The position numbers were made by a program, and so were the translations under genes. The notes below the pieces were generated by a model. The model saw nothing but the letters and a program-made list of their open reading frames with translations, was not told where the DNA came from and ran no database searches. Of a DNA stretch of 64,000 nt, positions 50,308 to 58,662 are shown in pieces. Origin of the DNA: Bdellovibrionales bacterium CG12_big_fil_rev_8_21_14_0_65_38_15. Lineage in GTDB: Bacteria; Bdellovibrionota; Bacteriovoracia; Bacteriovoracales; Bacteriovoracaceae. Each line of letters begins with the position of its first letter. The stretch's first letter is position 1. The DNA is taken from positions 35,898-99,897 of the forward strand of contig PCUW01000011.1 in NCBI GenBank assembly GCA_002787775.1, written 5' to 3'.

Positions 50308-51162
50308 ATGTCTAAGGCTTTCAGACTTAGCTTTATATTTGCCATTATGGCATCCCTTAACTCTGCCTATGCAGACTTCGCAGACCTCCCCCCATATTAC
50401 ACACAAGACTTTGTTCAAAAGATTGATCAAGGAACGCTTAAAAATACTTTATTAAAAATTTCACTTCAAAATATCTTGTCTAAGATTCATGTTAAGACCA
50501 CTGGCCGTGATCTTGTTAAAGACTCATGTCCTGACCAGAGTGAATGTGAAGAACAATTAACAACGCTGACATATCGCCAGGCCCGTGAAATTCTTTTTGG
50601 AAAGATTCATCTACAATCTAATGATAATGGATATTTCTTAAATGAAGTCTATTGCCGACAGACCATTAGCGAAGAAGATGGCGTTGGGCGTGGTCAGATT
50701 CCAGATCATACTCAAGTCAACTGTGAACATACATGGCCTCAAAGTCGATTTAATCCAAATGAAAGTAAAAATGCTCAACTCACTGATCTTCATCACCTCT
50801 TTCCATCGAATTCAAGAGCTAATAGCTCTAGAGGAAATCTTATTTTTGCAGAAGTTGACGGTGGCGTAATAAATGAGGAGTGTACAAGCTCTCACCGTGG
50901 AACAGCTTACGGTTCAAGTGAAACTGCTTTTGAGCCACCTCCAGAACACAGAGGAAATGTCGCTAGAGCTCTATTCTATTTTTCTGTAAGATATAACCAT
51001 CCGATTGGTTCTCTTGAAGAAGAATTTTTAAAGAAATGGCATTGGCAAGATCCTGTCGATGAAGAAGAAAGAAGTCGAAATGAGAAAGTTTATGAAGTTC
51101 AAAAAAATAGAAATCCATTTATTGATGCACCAGAATTGGTTGAATTGGTTAACGATTTTTAG
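50308..51162 (+). CDS. Secreted endonuclease I family nuclease (EndA/Vvn-like)
   Basis: Signal peptide, then CEHTWPQS, DLHHLFPSN...N..RGN, and FEPP...RGNVARALFYF. Confidence 0.85.
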   Translation: MSKAFRLSFIFAIMASLNSAYADFADLPPYYTQDFVQKIDQGTLKNTLLKISLQNILSKIHVKTTGRDLVKDSCPDQSECEEQLTTLTYRQAREILFGKIHLQSNDNGYFLNEVYCRQTISEEDGVGRGQIPDHTQVNCEHTWPQSRFNPNESKNAQLTDLHHLFPSNSRANSSRGNLIFAEVDGGVINEECTSSHRGTAYGSSETAFEPPPEHRGNVARALFYFSVRYNHPIGSLEEEFLKKWHWQDPVDEEERSRNEKVYEVQKNRNPFIDAPELVELVNDF

Positions 51163-51610
51163 TTTCTTCTTTCTAGTATCATGCGCATCAACTTCTCAAA
51201 AGCCGACAGAGGCGAGTTACTCTGATGCAACCGAAAGTACTTTTGAAGAAATAGAACGTTCCAGAGTTCTAGACTATTACCGCCAATTACGTGAAAACGG
51301 TAACTCTGATTCTAATAGGTCTAGACCAACAATAGTTAGACCCAAGCCATATATCACGAGACCGGCTGCCAAGCCTAAGACTCGTCCTACACCAAGACCA
51401 TTAACGGTAGAAGAACGTGAAGCCATTGACCGTGAAGTTGGCCAGAACTTATCATTTTTTTGCATGCTCAATCGTAAAGACTCACGCTTTAAAGATGAAG
51501 CCGATTGTAATGCCTACACACAAAATGTTCTCTTTGATTGTAAAAAACGATTAAGTGATGAAGAAGCGAAGAAACTTGTTCGTTGTGTAAAGTCTGAGCT
51601 TAAATTATAA
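51125..51610 (+). CDS. Lipoprotein, Pro/Arg-rich, function unknown
   Basis: From ATG 51125: ...IFSFFFLVSC lipobox. Overlaps the endonuclease 3' end by 38 nt. The start is uncertain. Confidence 0.45.
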   Translation: MHQNWLNWLTIFSFFFLVSCASTSQKPTEASYSDATESTFEEIERSRVLDYYRQLRENGNSDSNRSRPTIVRPKPYITRPAAKPKTRPTPRPLTVEEREAIDREVGQNLSFFCMLNRKDSRFKDEADCNAYTQNVLFDCKKRLSDEEAKKLVRCVKSELKL

Positions 51611-51868
51611 GTTTGCGAGCTCTTTTACTTTTTGTTCATAGTTTATTTTTTCGATCAGCACAAATTCTACGCCTAATTGAATTGATTCAGTAATCAGTTT
51701 TTCGGCCAGTGGATAGTCCCATGCATAAATTTTTTTAGGATCGTTAGGCATGGCAAATGAAAGCTGTAATTTACTTCTAACCGCTTTAAAGTATGAAATA
51801 TCGACTTCTACCGTTGATCTATTTGGAAGTGTATCCGGATGGAAGAATTTATCTAAGTTTTTAACCAT
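51605..51868 (-). CDS. Hypothetical protein (87 aa)
   Basis: ORF only. Confidence 0.4.
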   Translation of the reverse strand: MVKNLDKFFHPDTLPNRSTVEVDISYFKAVRSKLQLSFAMPNDPKKIYAWDYPLAEKLITESIQLGVEFVLIEKINYEQKVKELANL

Positions 51869-51947
51869 AATCTACTCTAGTATATATACAAGACTTAGAC
51901 CAAGCTATCAATTACCGCTTAAGTTTTGTTAATTGATGTAAAATAAT

Positions 51948-53402
51948 ATGATGGATAAAGACAAGTTCGACGACATTATCATTGGAGCAGGATACGCAGG
52001 ACTAAGTCTTGCGGCATTGCTGACAAAACGCTCTAGGAAAGTTCTTGTCCTTGAGGCGCACAGCCTCGTTGGAGGCTGTGCAAGTTATTATAATCGTCAG
52101 CAATTTCATTTCGATGTCGGTGCCACAACATTGTCTGGTCTGGCCGAGGGAATGCCATTAAAAATATTAATCAACAAACTTAATTTAAAGAGCGATTATA
52201 AAAAATTAGACCTACCAATGAAGATCAAACTACCCAATGGAATAATTCTAAATCGATTTGCAGATTTTGATTTATGGATAAATGAGCTTGATCAGAAATT
52301 CCCAAATATTGATCACCGAACATTTTGGAACAAATTAGAAAAAATTTCGACTAGGGCGTGGGGATTATTGGCTGACACTTGGAGCTTTCCTCCACAAAAT
52401 TTAAGTGAAGTCCTTAATCTTTTAAAACCTTCACTCTTAAAAGAAGCCGACTTAGGACTCTATTTACTGCAACCTTTAAAGTCGATATTACCAAATGAAT
52501 ATAAGCAGGGAGCTCTTAAAAGTTTTATTGATGAACAACTTATGATTAGTACTCAAACGACCAGCGAGGATGTTCCGATTTTAATGGGAGCCCTAGGCCT
52601 TACTTACCCGAATGATATGTATTATCCTAATGGTGGTATTAGCTCTCTTGCTTTATCGCTAAAGAATTTTATCTGTGAAAACGGAGGTGAAGTTCTTTTA
52701 AAATCAAGGGTTGAGTCTATCAGCGATGATTTAGTCGTCTCAACTAAAGATCATCAATATAAAAGTGATCATGTAATATCAACACTTCCAATTTGGAATC
52801 TTAAAGAACTTAATCCTAAGTTGTCTGACTGGGTCAACTCACAGGCAAGTGCCAAAGGCGAATACTGGAGTGCCATAACTGCTAATCTTGCAGTTAAGTT
52901 TAAAACTCCAAAGACTGACCTGTATCACCAGCTTCATTTAAAAGAACCTTTAAGCGCAGCCAAAAGTCACAGCCTATTTATTTCTTTGTCTGATCCAAGT
53001 GATCTCACAAGAGCTCCTGAAGGCTGGCAAACGATGACAATTTCAACCCATGCTTTACCAAGCGATTTTCCAACACAAAGAAATGAAGTTTATAAAGAAT
53101 TAAAAAAACAAATCCTTATTGAAATTAAAAATCATTTAAGCGAATATTTTGATGATATTGAGGAAACAAAATTCGATACGATTGGGACACCATTAACATT
53201 CGTCAAGTACACGAGCCGTTTTCAGGGGCGAGTCGGAGGAATACCACACTCGGTCAATTTTATGCCTTGGAAATGGCCAAAAAATGTCACTCCACTTACA
53301 AACTTCTTCCACCATGGTGATACATCTTTTCCTGGGCAAGGAATTGTTGGAGTCGTGCAAGGTAGTCTTAATTTTATGAAACGTTACCACGGTGAAAAAT
53401 GA
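51948..53402 (+). CDS. Phytoene-desaturase-family (CrtI-like) FAD-dependent oxidoreductase
   Basis: IIIGAGYAGLSLAALL...VLEAH...GGCA dinucleotide fold and a C-terminal GDTSFPGQG. Confidence 0.75.
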   Translation: MMDKDKFDDIIIGAGYAGLSLAALLTKRSRKVLVLEAHSLVGGCASYYNRQQFHFDVGATTLSGLAEGMPLKILINKLNLKSDYKKLDLPMKIKLPNGIILNRFADFDLWINELDQKFPNIDHRTFWNKLEKISTRAWGLLADTWSFPPQNLSEVLNLLKPSLLKEADLGLYLLQPLKSILPNEYKQGALKSFIDEQLMISTQTTSEDVPILMGALGLTYPNDMYYPNGGISSLALSLKNFICENGGEVLLKSRVESISDDLVVSTKDHQYKSDHVISTLPIWNLKELNPKLSDWVNSQASAKGEYWSAITANLAVKFKTPKTDLYHQLHLKEPLSAAKSHSLFISLSDPSDLTRAPEGWQTMTISTHALPSDFPTQRNEVYKELKKQILIEIKNHLSEYFDDIEETKFDTIGTPLTFVKYTSRFQGRVGGIPHSVNFMPWKWPKNVTPLTNFFHHGDTSFPGQGIVGVVQGSLNFMKRYHGEK

Positions 53403-53851
53403 AAAAATTATATCTATCAACTAACGTAAAGAATAATTATAAAATAGTTTACGCTGGTTTTGATCTAAAACTTTTTAAAGCACTTAAGCCTCCACTGATG
53501 GATCTTGAAGTCACTCGCTTTGATGGTTGTCATAAAGGAGATGAAGTTCATCTAAAGGTTGGACTTCTAGGGCTTGGTCAAGATTGGATCTCTCACATAA
53601 CCAGTCATCATGAAGACGAACACGAATGTTTTTTTATCGATGAAGGCTTTAAAATTCCTTTTCCACTTAAGTCTTGGCAGCATCGTCATATTGTTCAAAA
53701 AATTTCTGCCCATGAAACGAAGATTATCGATGATATTAGTTATTCATGTTTTGGTGGAAAAGTGATTGAGCTTTTGATGTATCCCGCTTTACTCGCTCAA
53801 TTTTTAGTTAGAGCTCCGGTGTATCGTCGCTTTTTCGATAGCGAAAAGTGA
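53399..53851 (+). CDS. SRPBCC-superfamily ligand-binding protein (COG4276-like)
   Basis: F.IDEGFKIPFPLKSWQHRHIV...IIDDISY... matches the GPF..W.H.H.F signature. Overlaps the upstream stop by 4 nt (ATGA). Confidence 0.55.
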   Translation: MKKLYLSTNVKNNYKIVYAGFDLKLFKALKPPLMDLEVTRFDGCHKGDEVHLKVGLLGLGQDWISHITSHHEDEHECFFIDEGFKIPFPLKSWQHRHIVQKISAHETKIIDDISYSCFGGKVIELLMYPALLAQFLVRAPVYRRFFDSEK

Positions 53852-54395
53852 GATTGAGTCTACTCGAGATAACTTTCTTTGTTGCTGCCAGCTGATGTTC
53901 CCAAGCATGCTGACTCTCCCCTCTCATTAACAGTAAAGAGCAACTTGGAAGTTCAATATCTATTTTTCTTTTTGTTGTTCGGTGTCTGAGTGAAAACTTT
54001 CTAACCGCACCAAAACTAACTGAAGCAATGACGGGATTAACTCCAAGCTCAGGTTCATTGTCTCGATGCCAGCCATTTTTATCAGCACCACTACGATAGA
54101 GATTACATAGAACCGAATTAAAGTGATGACCAGTGAGTGTGATCACTTCATTTTTAATTTCCAGCAACTTTTCATTCCATGGCCCAGCTTCCATAACAAT
54201 TTTTGAATAGGTATAACTTAGCCCATCATCGGCATACCATGCTTGTAGCCTTGGTACAGGATGCGTCTTACCCCAAAGAGTAATTTGGTCCTGACGCCAT
54301 GCTAATTCCCCAATTAATGGGCTTAATTGCTCCTCTTTGAAAGCATTTTCAAGAAGATAAACTTCTCCTTCAAAAGGTAATAAATTTTGTTTCAT
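53808..54395 (-). CDS. AlkB-like Fe(II)/2-oxoglutarate dioxygenase
   Basis: NLYRSGADKNGWHRDNE (HxD), SFGAVRKF, and HAWEHQL...RLNLTFR. ATG 54395 preferred over TTG 54416. Confidence 0.8.
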   Translation of the reverse strand: MKQNLLPFEGEVYLLENAFKEEQLSPLIGELAWRQDQITLWGKTHPVPRLQAWYADDGLSYTYSKIVMEAGPWNEKLLEIKNEVITLTGHHFNSVLCNLYRSGADKNGWHRDNEPELGVNPVIASVSFGAVRKFSLRHRTTKRKIDIELPSCSLLLMRGESQHAWEHQLAATKKVISSRLNLTFRYRKSDDTPEL

Positions 54396-54444
54396 CCAAC
54401 TCATATTACTTAGCAAAACGTCTTCGAGATGATATGTCCAGAGT

Positions 54445-54915
54445 ATGAAATTATTCGTCCAACTTTTGGTTCTCTTTTTAGCATTAACTGGTGCAGCTTC
54501 ATTGCTTGTAGGCTACGGAAATGTTGAATTTGGTAGTATCAACTACTGGAATAATCACGGTGTCTTTTTACTCATCTTTTTAACTTTATTTCCAAGACTG
54601 ACTCTTTTTTGTTCATCCATAGCTTTTGGTGGACTGCTTTGGTGGCTTGGATTCTTTTTTGCCCCAAGACTACTTGTTGCCTGTCTTGCAACAGTTGGCT
54701 ATTGGGAAACGAACCCAACTCTAGTTGTCTTATCTTGGTTTATTGCCATCAGTGGAGAGAGTGCTGAAAAATGGGGCTTCAAGCAAAAGGTCCATATCAA
54801 TGTTGGCGGTCGAACCTTTGGTAATGGCGGACAATATCAACAACGCCCACAAAAACATCAAACTGTTCAAGACAATGTCGTTGATGCAGAATTTCGCCGA
54901 GTTGATGACGAATGA
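54445..54915 (+). CDS. Hypothetical membrane protein
   Basis: 4 TM helices and a Gln-rich tail. Overlaps the ctaA start by 4 nt. Confidence 0.45.
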   Translation: MKLFVQLLVLFLALTGAASLLVGYGNVEFGSINYWNNHGVFLLIFLTLFPRLTLFCSSIAFGGLLWWLGFFFAPRLLVACLATVGYWETNPTLVVLSWFIAISGESAEKWGFKQKVHINVGGRTFGNGGQYQQRPQKHQTVQDNVVDAEFRRVDDE

Positions 54916-55841
54916 AACTTAACAAATTCAGGTGGGCGATCCTCACCACCATTATTAGTCTCTTCCTTTTAATCCTTGCTGGAAGCATCGTCCGTACGAC
55001 TGGTAGTGGCTTAGGCTGTCCTGATTGGCCTCATTGTTTTGGTCAATGGATTCCACCAACTGATGTTTCCCAGTTACCAGTTGATTACAAAGAAAAATTC
55101 GCGGTTGCTGGCCGACAGATAGCTGATTTCGATGCAACAAAAACTTGGATTGAATATATTAATAGACTCCTAGGAGTCCTTGTTGGTCTTGAAATGATTT
55201 GGTTGATGTTAACGGCATGGCCTCATCGCAAAGTTCATCCTGCCTTATTTAAAGGCTCTGTCTTTGTCTTTATTTTAACATCTATTCAAGGTGGCATAGG
55301 GGCCAAAGTTGTCAGCTCTCATCTGGCTCCTCATTTAATTACTTTTCATATGTTCTTAGCAGTAGTGATTTTATTAATCGCTATCGGGCTTTATATCCAT
55401 TCTTTAGAAGTCAGAAAAAAACTTACGATTAGATCAAACCGATTAGGCTTGATCGTTTTAGGACTTGCTCTGATTCAACTCATTCTTGGAACTGAAGTGC
55501 GCGAAGGTGTTGATGCTGTCACTAACGCTGGAGTTACTCTACGAAGTGAGTGGCTTGACCAAGAAAGCTTACTGTTTATGATCCACCGATCATTTTCTAT
55601 TTTCTATCTGATTGTTTTTGGACTGTGGATTGGCCAATTGTGGAAAGAAGAACCCTATCCTATGGCGCGAAAATTTATTGTTGCCGTCTTTTTAGCAACA
55701 CTACTGGCACCGCTATCAGGCATTATCCTAGCCTATTTCTCGATGCCAGCCTTTGCTCAACCTTTACATCTTTTTATCGCGACATTAATTATTAGCGGCG
55801 ATTTTGTTTTGATTTATCGTCCTGGGCACGCGCCGGTTTAA
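54912..55841 (+). CDS. ctaA: Haem A synthase (COX15/CtaA)
   Basis: 309 aa: GSGLGCPDWPHC, 8 TM helices, and paired His-containing helices. Confidence 0.8.
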   Translation: MKLNKFRWAILTTIISLFLLILAGSIVRTTGSGLGCPDWPHCFGQWIPPTDVSQLPVDYKEKFAVAGRQIADFDATKTWIEYINRLLGVLVGLEMIWLMLTAWPHRKVHPALFKGSVFVFILTSIQGGIGAKVVSSHLAPHLITFHMFLAVVILLIAIGLYIHSLEVRKKLTIRSNRLGLIVLGLALIQLILGTEVREGVDAVTNAGVTLRSEWLDQESLLFMIHRSFSIFYLIVFGLWIGQLWKEEPYPMARKFIVAVFLATLLAPLSGIILAYFSMPAFAQPLHLFIATLIISGDFVLIYRPGHAPV

Positions 55842-56163
55842 AATCACTGGCAGGTCTTGTTGCCCCGTAAAATCTTTTAAACATTCCTTTGTCCGTCATC
55901 TCACTTTGATGAGTACGACGAAATTTATCATCGATCATATTTCTATCGGCGCAAGCAATACAGATCCAATCTTTATCAAAAGATGGATGTTGATAGCGTT
56001 CAACATCTGGAAGATCTCTCTCACACACTTCACAAAACGTTCTAGCGTGTTGATGGACTTCACTCTTTTTAACTGGACGACCTTTAATATGCTGGCGTTC
56101 ATTAGCATTCTTTGTAGCGTGTAAACCTGCATTCAATAAAGCATCTTTAAGTGATTTAGCCAT
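55792..56163 (-). CDS. DUF2058-like protein with CxxC...CxxC motif
   Basis: MAKSLKDALLNAGL N-terminus typical of DUF2058, plus CEVCERD...CIACADR. The 3' end overlaps ctaA by 50 nt. Confidence 0.5.
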   Translation of the reverse strand: MAKSLKDALLNAGLHATKNANERQHIKGRPVKKSEVHQHARTFCEVCERDLPDVERYQHPSFDKDWICIACADRNMIDDKFRRTHQSEMTDKGMFKRFYGATRPASDFKPARAQDDKSKQNRR

Positions 56164-56284
56164 ATGACCTCCAAAATTCATTTTTATTGTACATAAACCC
56201 TCAAAATCTGTAGAGAGGGAAATAATTGACTAAAATAGTTTTAAATTGTGCCGATAAGAATAGAACCCCAAAAGGACTTAATAA

Positions 56285-57214
56285 ATGCTTAAAAATCAAG
56301 GCTTTATATATATCTCCCCTTGTCAGCTAGCCAGTGCGCCACTGATCAAAATAAATTTCGATCCGCGAGATAAATTGCCTGCTGGCTTTATGGATACTCA
56401 CCAAGCCCTAGCAATTTGGCCTTTAAGTGGCCAAAACCTATCAAGTCATGAACTTTTAGATCAATTGCACTCGAGTCTTATTGGCATGGGTTTAGCGTTT
56501 ACTATCCCTAAAGTTTACCAGGCACAGCTTTCACAGCTTGTGTCTTATATCGATAATTGGCTCGCGGTCGATAGGCATTTTGAAGGTAATGATTTTCTTG
56601 AAGACGAGCTTTTAAAAAACCTACCTCAAAAAGCGAACTATATTGATGAATCAAGTATCAATCTAAAACAACTTGGTAGTCATTGGTTAACTCACGACCC
56701 AGCCTATGAGCATAGTGCGAGTACAGCGTTTTATAGAGGGATGTTGCTTGGACAGGAAGACTGTAAGATTCATTTAGCTAGGTGTTATGAAGAAGGCATT
56801 GGTGTAGAAATAAATTATACAAAAGCTAAAGAATTATTATCATCAATCTCTAATAACGATAATGTCATTCCTCTGCTTTTTAGACTTAACTACAAAGAAA
56901 AAGATCAGGCTGGAATCAATCATCTTAAAAACAATTTTTTTATGAAGTCACCTCTTCCTTTGCCAGGCAAAGGTCATCAGTTTGATGTTTTTCACCAAAC
57001 ACTATTAGAGCTACTTTTTATCAGTTACGAAGAAGTGGGTCATCTAGATATCTGGCTTACTAGCTGGGAGTTAATTAGTCCTTATAGGGATGAGATCTTG
57101 GCCCTATCAGAAGTAAAAGTGATGGATCATTTTGAGACGCCAGAGGCTTCACAAATCAGATCATTTCATGACATTCTTTGTCGAATGTTTGAATCTTACA
57201 GATACAGTGCTTAA
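56285..57214 (+). CDS. Hypothetical protein with one Sel1-like repeat
   Basis: AFYRGMLLGQEDCKIHLARCYEEGIGVEINYTKAKELL resembles a Sel1/TPR-like repeat. The rest is unknown. Confidence 0.4.
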   Translation: MLKNQGFIYISPCQLASAPLIKINFDPRDKLPAGFMDTHQALAIWPLSGQNLSSHELLDQLHSSLIGMGLAFTIPKVYQAQLSQLVSYIDNWLAVDRHFEGNDFLEDELLKNLPQKANYIDESSINLKQLGSHWLTHDPAYEHSASTAFYRGMLLGQEDCKIHLARCYEEGIGVEINYTKAKELLSSISNNDNVIPLLFRLNYKEKDQAGINHLKNNFFMKSPLPLPGKGHQFDVFHQTLLELLFISYEEVGHLDIWLTSWELISPYRDEILALSEVKVMDHFETPEASQIRSFHDILCRMFESYRYSA

Positions 57215-57225
57215 GAGGAGTTCTT

Positions 57226-58662
57226 GTGGGTTTTATGAAGAATAGCTTTGCTAAAAATGCAAAGACCGAATCATTATGGAATAAAAGTATTGTTTATATT
57301 GCCTACGATGCAAAAAAAATAACAACTCTCTTAAAAAAAGAAAAAATAGAACTTCCCGAAGCTTTACACAAAAGTTTTGAACAAAAGAAGACAGCTTCTT
57401 TTTTTAATGACCAGTCTCAGATAAATTTAATTTTAATTGATAAGCCTTCAAATAAAAAACACCTCTATGCTAAGGCTCGTGATCAAATTGGTTCTAAGAT
57501 CCAATCTTTTATTGATGGCAATCCAAAGTCTTGTGATGTTCATTTCGTTGGCATTGCGGACGAAAGTATTCAAGGTTGTTTAGTTGGACTAGATCTTGCT
57601 GCCTATCGTTTTGATGAATCCAAGTCTCAGGCTCTTGGTCACCTTCATTTTTTTACAGAAGACAAAAAACTATCTTCAAAAATTCTTGAGCAAGCATCTG
57701 AACTGTCTTCATCTATTAACTTAGCTAGACATCTCGTCAATCTTCCTCCCAATGAGCTTCATCCTGTTAATTTTGCGGCGATGATTCAAAAAGGATTTAG
57801 AGGATCAAAGACAATTAAAGTTGAAATCTGGGATGAGAAAAGATTAGCAAAAGAAAAATGTGGTTTACACCTTGGTGTTGGTGCCGCTTCTGCTCACCCT
57901 CCAAGACTAGTTAAGATTAGTTATAAATCAGGCAAGAAGGCCAAAAAGAAAATTGCACTAATCGGCAAAGGAATCACTTTTGATACCGGTGGATTAGATA
58001 TTAAACCATCAGCTGGTATGAGACTGATGAAGAAAGATATGGGTGGAGCTGCAGCGATCTCAGGTGTCTTTAACTGGCTTGAACATAGTGGCTTGGCCGT
58101 TGACGTCGAAGGCTATCTAGCTCTTGCCGAAAATAGTATTGATAAAAATGCAACAAGACCAAGTGATATCCATATCGCTAGAAATGGTCTTAAAGTTGAA
58201 ATAGATAATACTGATGCTGAAGGAAGACTCGTTCTAGCTGATGCTATTGATGTGGCCTGTGATCATAAACCTGATTTGATTATTGATGCCGCAACACTAA
58301 CAGGAGCAGGTAAAGTTTCCTTAGGACAAGATATAGCTTCCCTCTTTAGTAATGATGATAAGTTGGCAAAAATGATTCAAGATGCTGGGGATATCTCTGG
58401 CGATCTTTGCTGGAGAATGCCACTTCATCAAGACTACGCAAAAGAGCTGAGCTCTCCTTTTGCCGATTGCACCAACTCATCATCTAGCGGATTTGGTGGA
58501 AGTATTACCGCTGCCTTATTCTTGCAAAAATTTGTCAGAGACATACCTTGGGCACATTTAGATATTTTTGCTTGGACAACAAGTAACCAGCCTGCACTAG
58601 CACAAAAGGGCGGCTCCGGGCAGGCGGTGGCGAACTTGGTTAGTTTTTTAAAAGCAATCTAA
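57226..58662 (+). CDS. pepA: Leucyl aminopeptidase (M17)
   Basis: GKGITFDTGG, MKKDMGGAA, and NTDAEGRLVLADA. Confidence 0.9.
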   Translation: MGFMKNSFAKNAKTESLWNKSIVYIAYDAKKITTLLKKEKIELPEALHKSFEQKKTASFFNDQSQINLILIDKPSNKKHLYAKARDQIGSKIQSFIDGNPKSCDVHFVGIADESIQGCLVGLDLAAYRFDESKSQALGHLHFFTEDKKLSSKILEQASELSSSINLARHLVNLPPNELHPVNFAAMIQKGFRGSKTIKVEIWDEKRLAKEKCGLHLGVGAASAHPPRLVKISYKSGKKAKKKIALIGKGITFDTGGLDIKPSAGMRLMKKDMGGAAAISGVFNWLEHSGLAVDVEGYLALAENSIDKNATRPSDIHIARNGLKVEIDNTDAEGRLVLADAIDVACDHKPDLIIDAATLTGAGKVSLGQDIASLFSNDDKLAKMIQDAGDISGDLCWRMPLHQDYAKELSSPFADCTNSSSSGFGGSITAALFLQKFVRDIPWAHLDIFAWTTSNQPALAQKGGSGQAVANLVSFLKAI

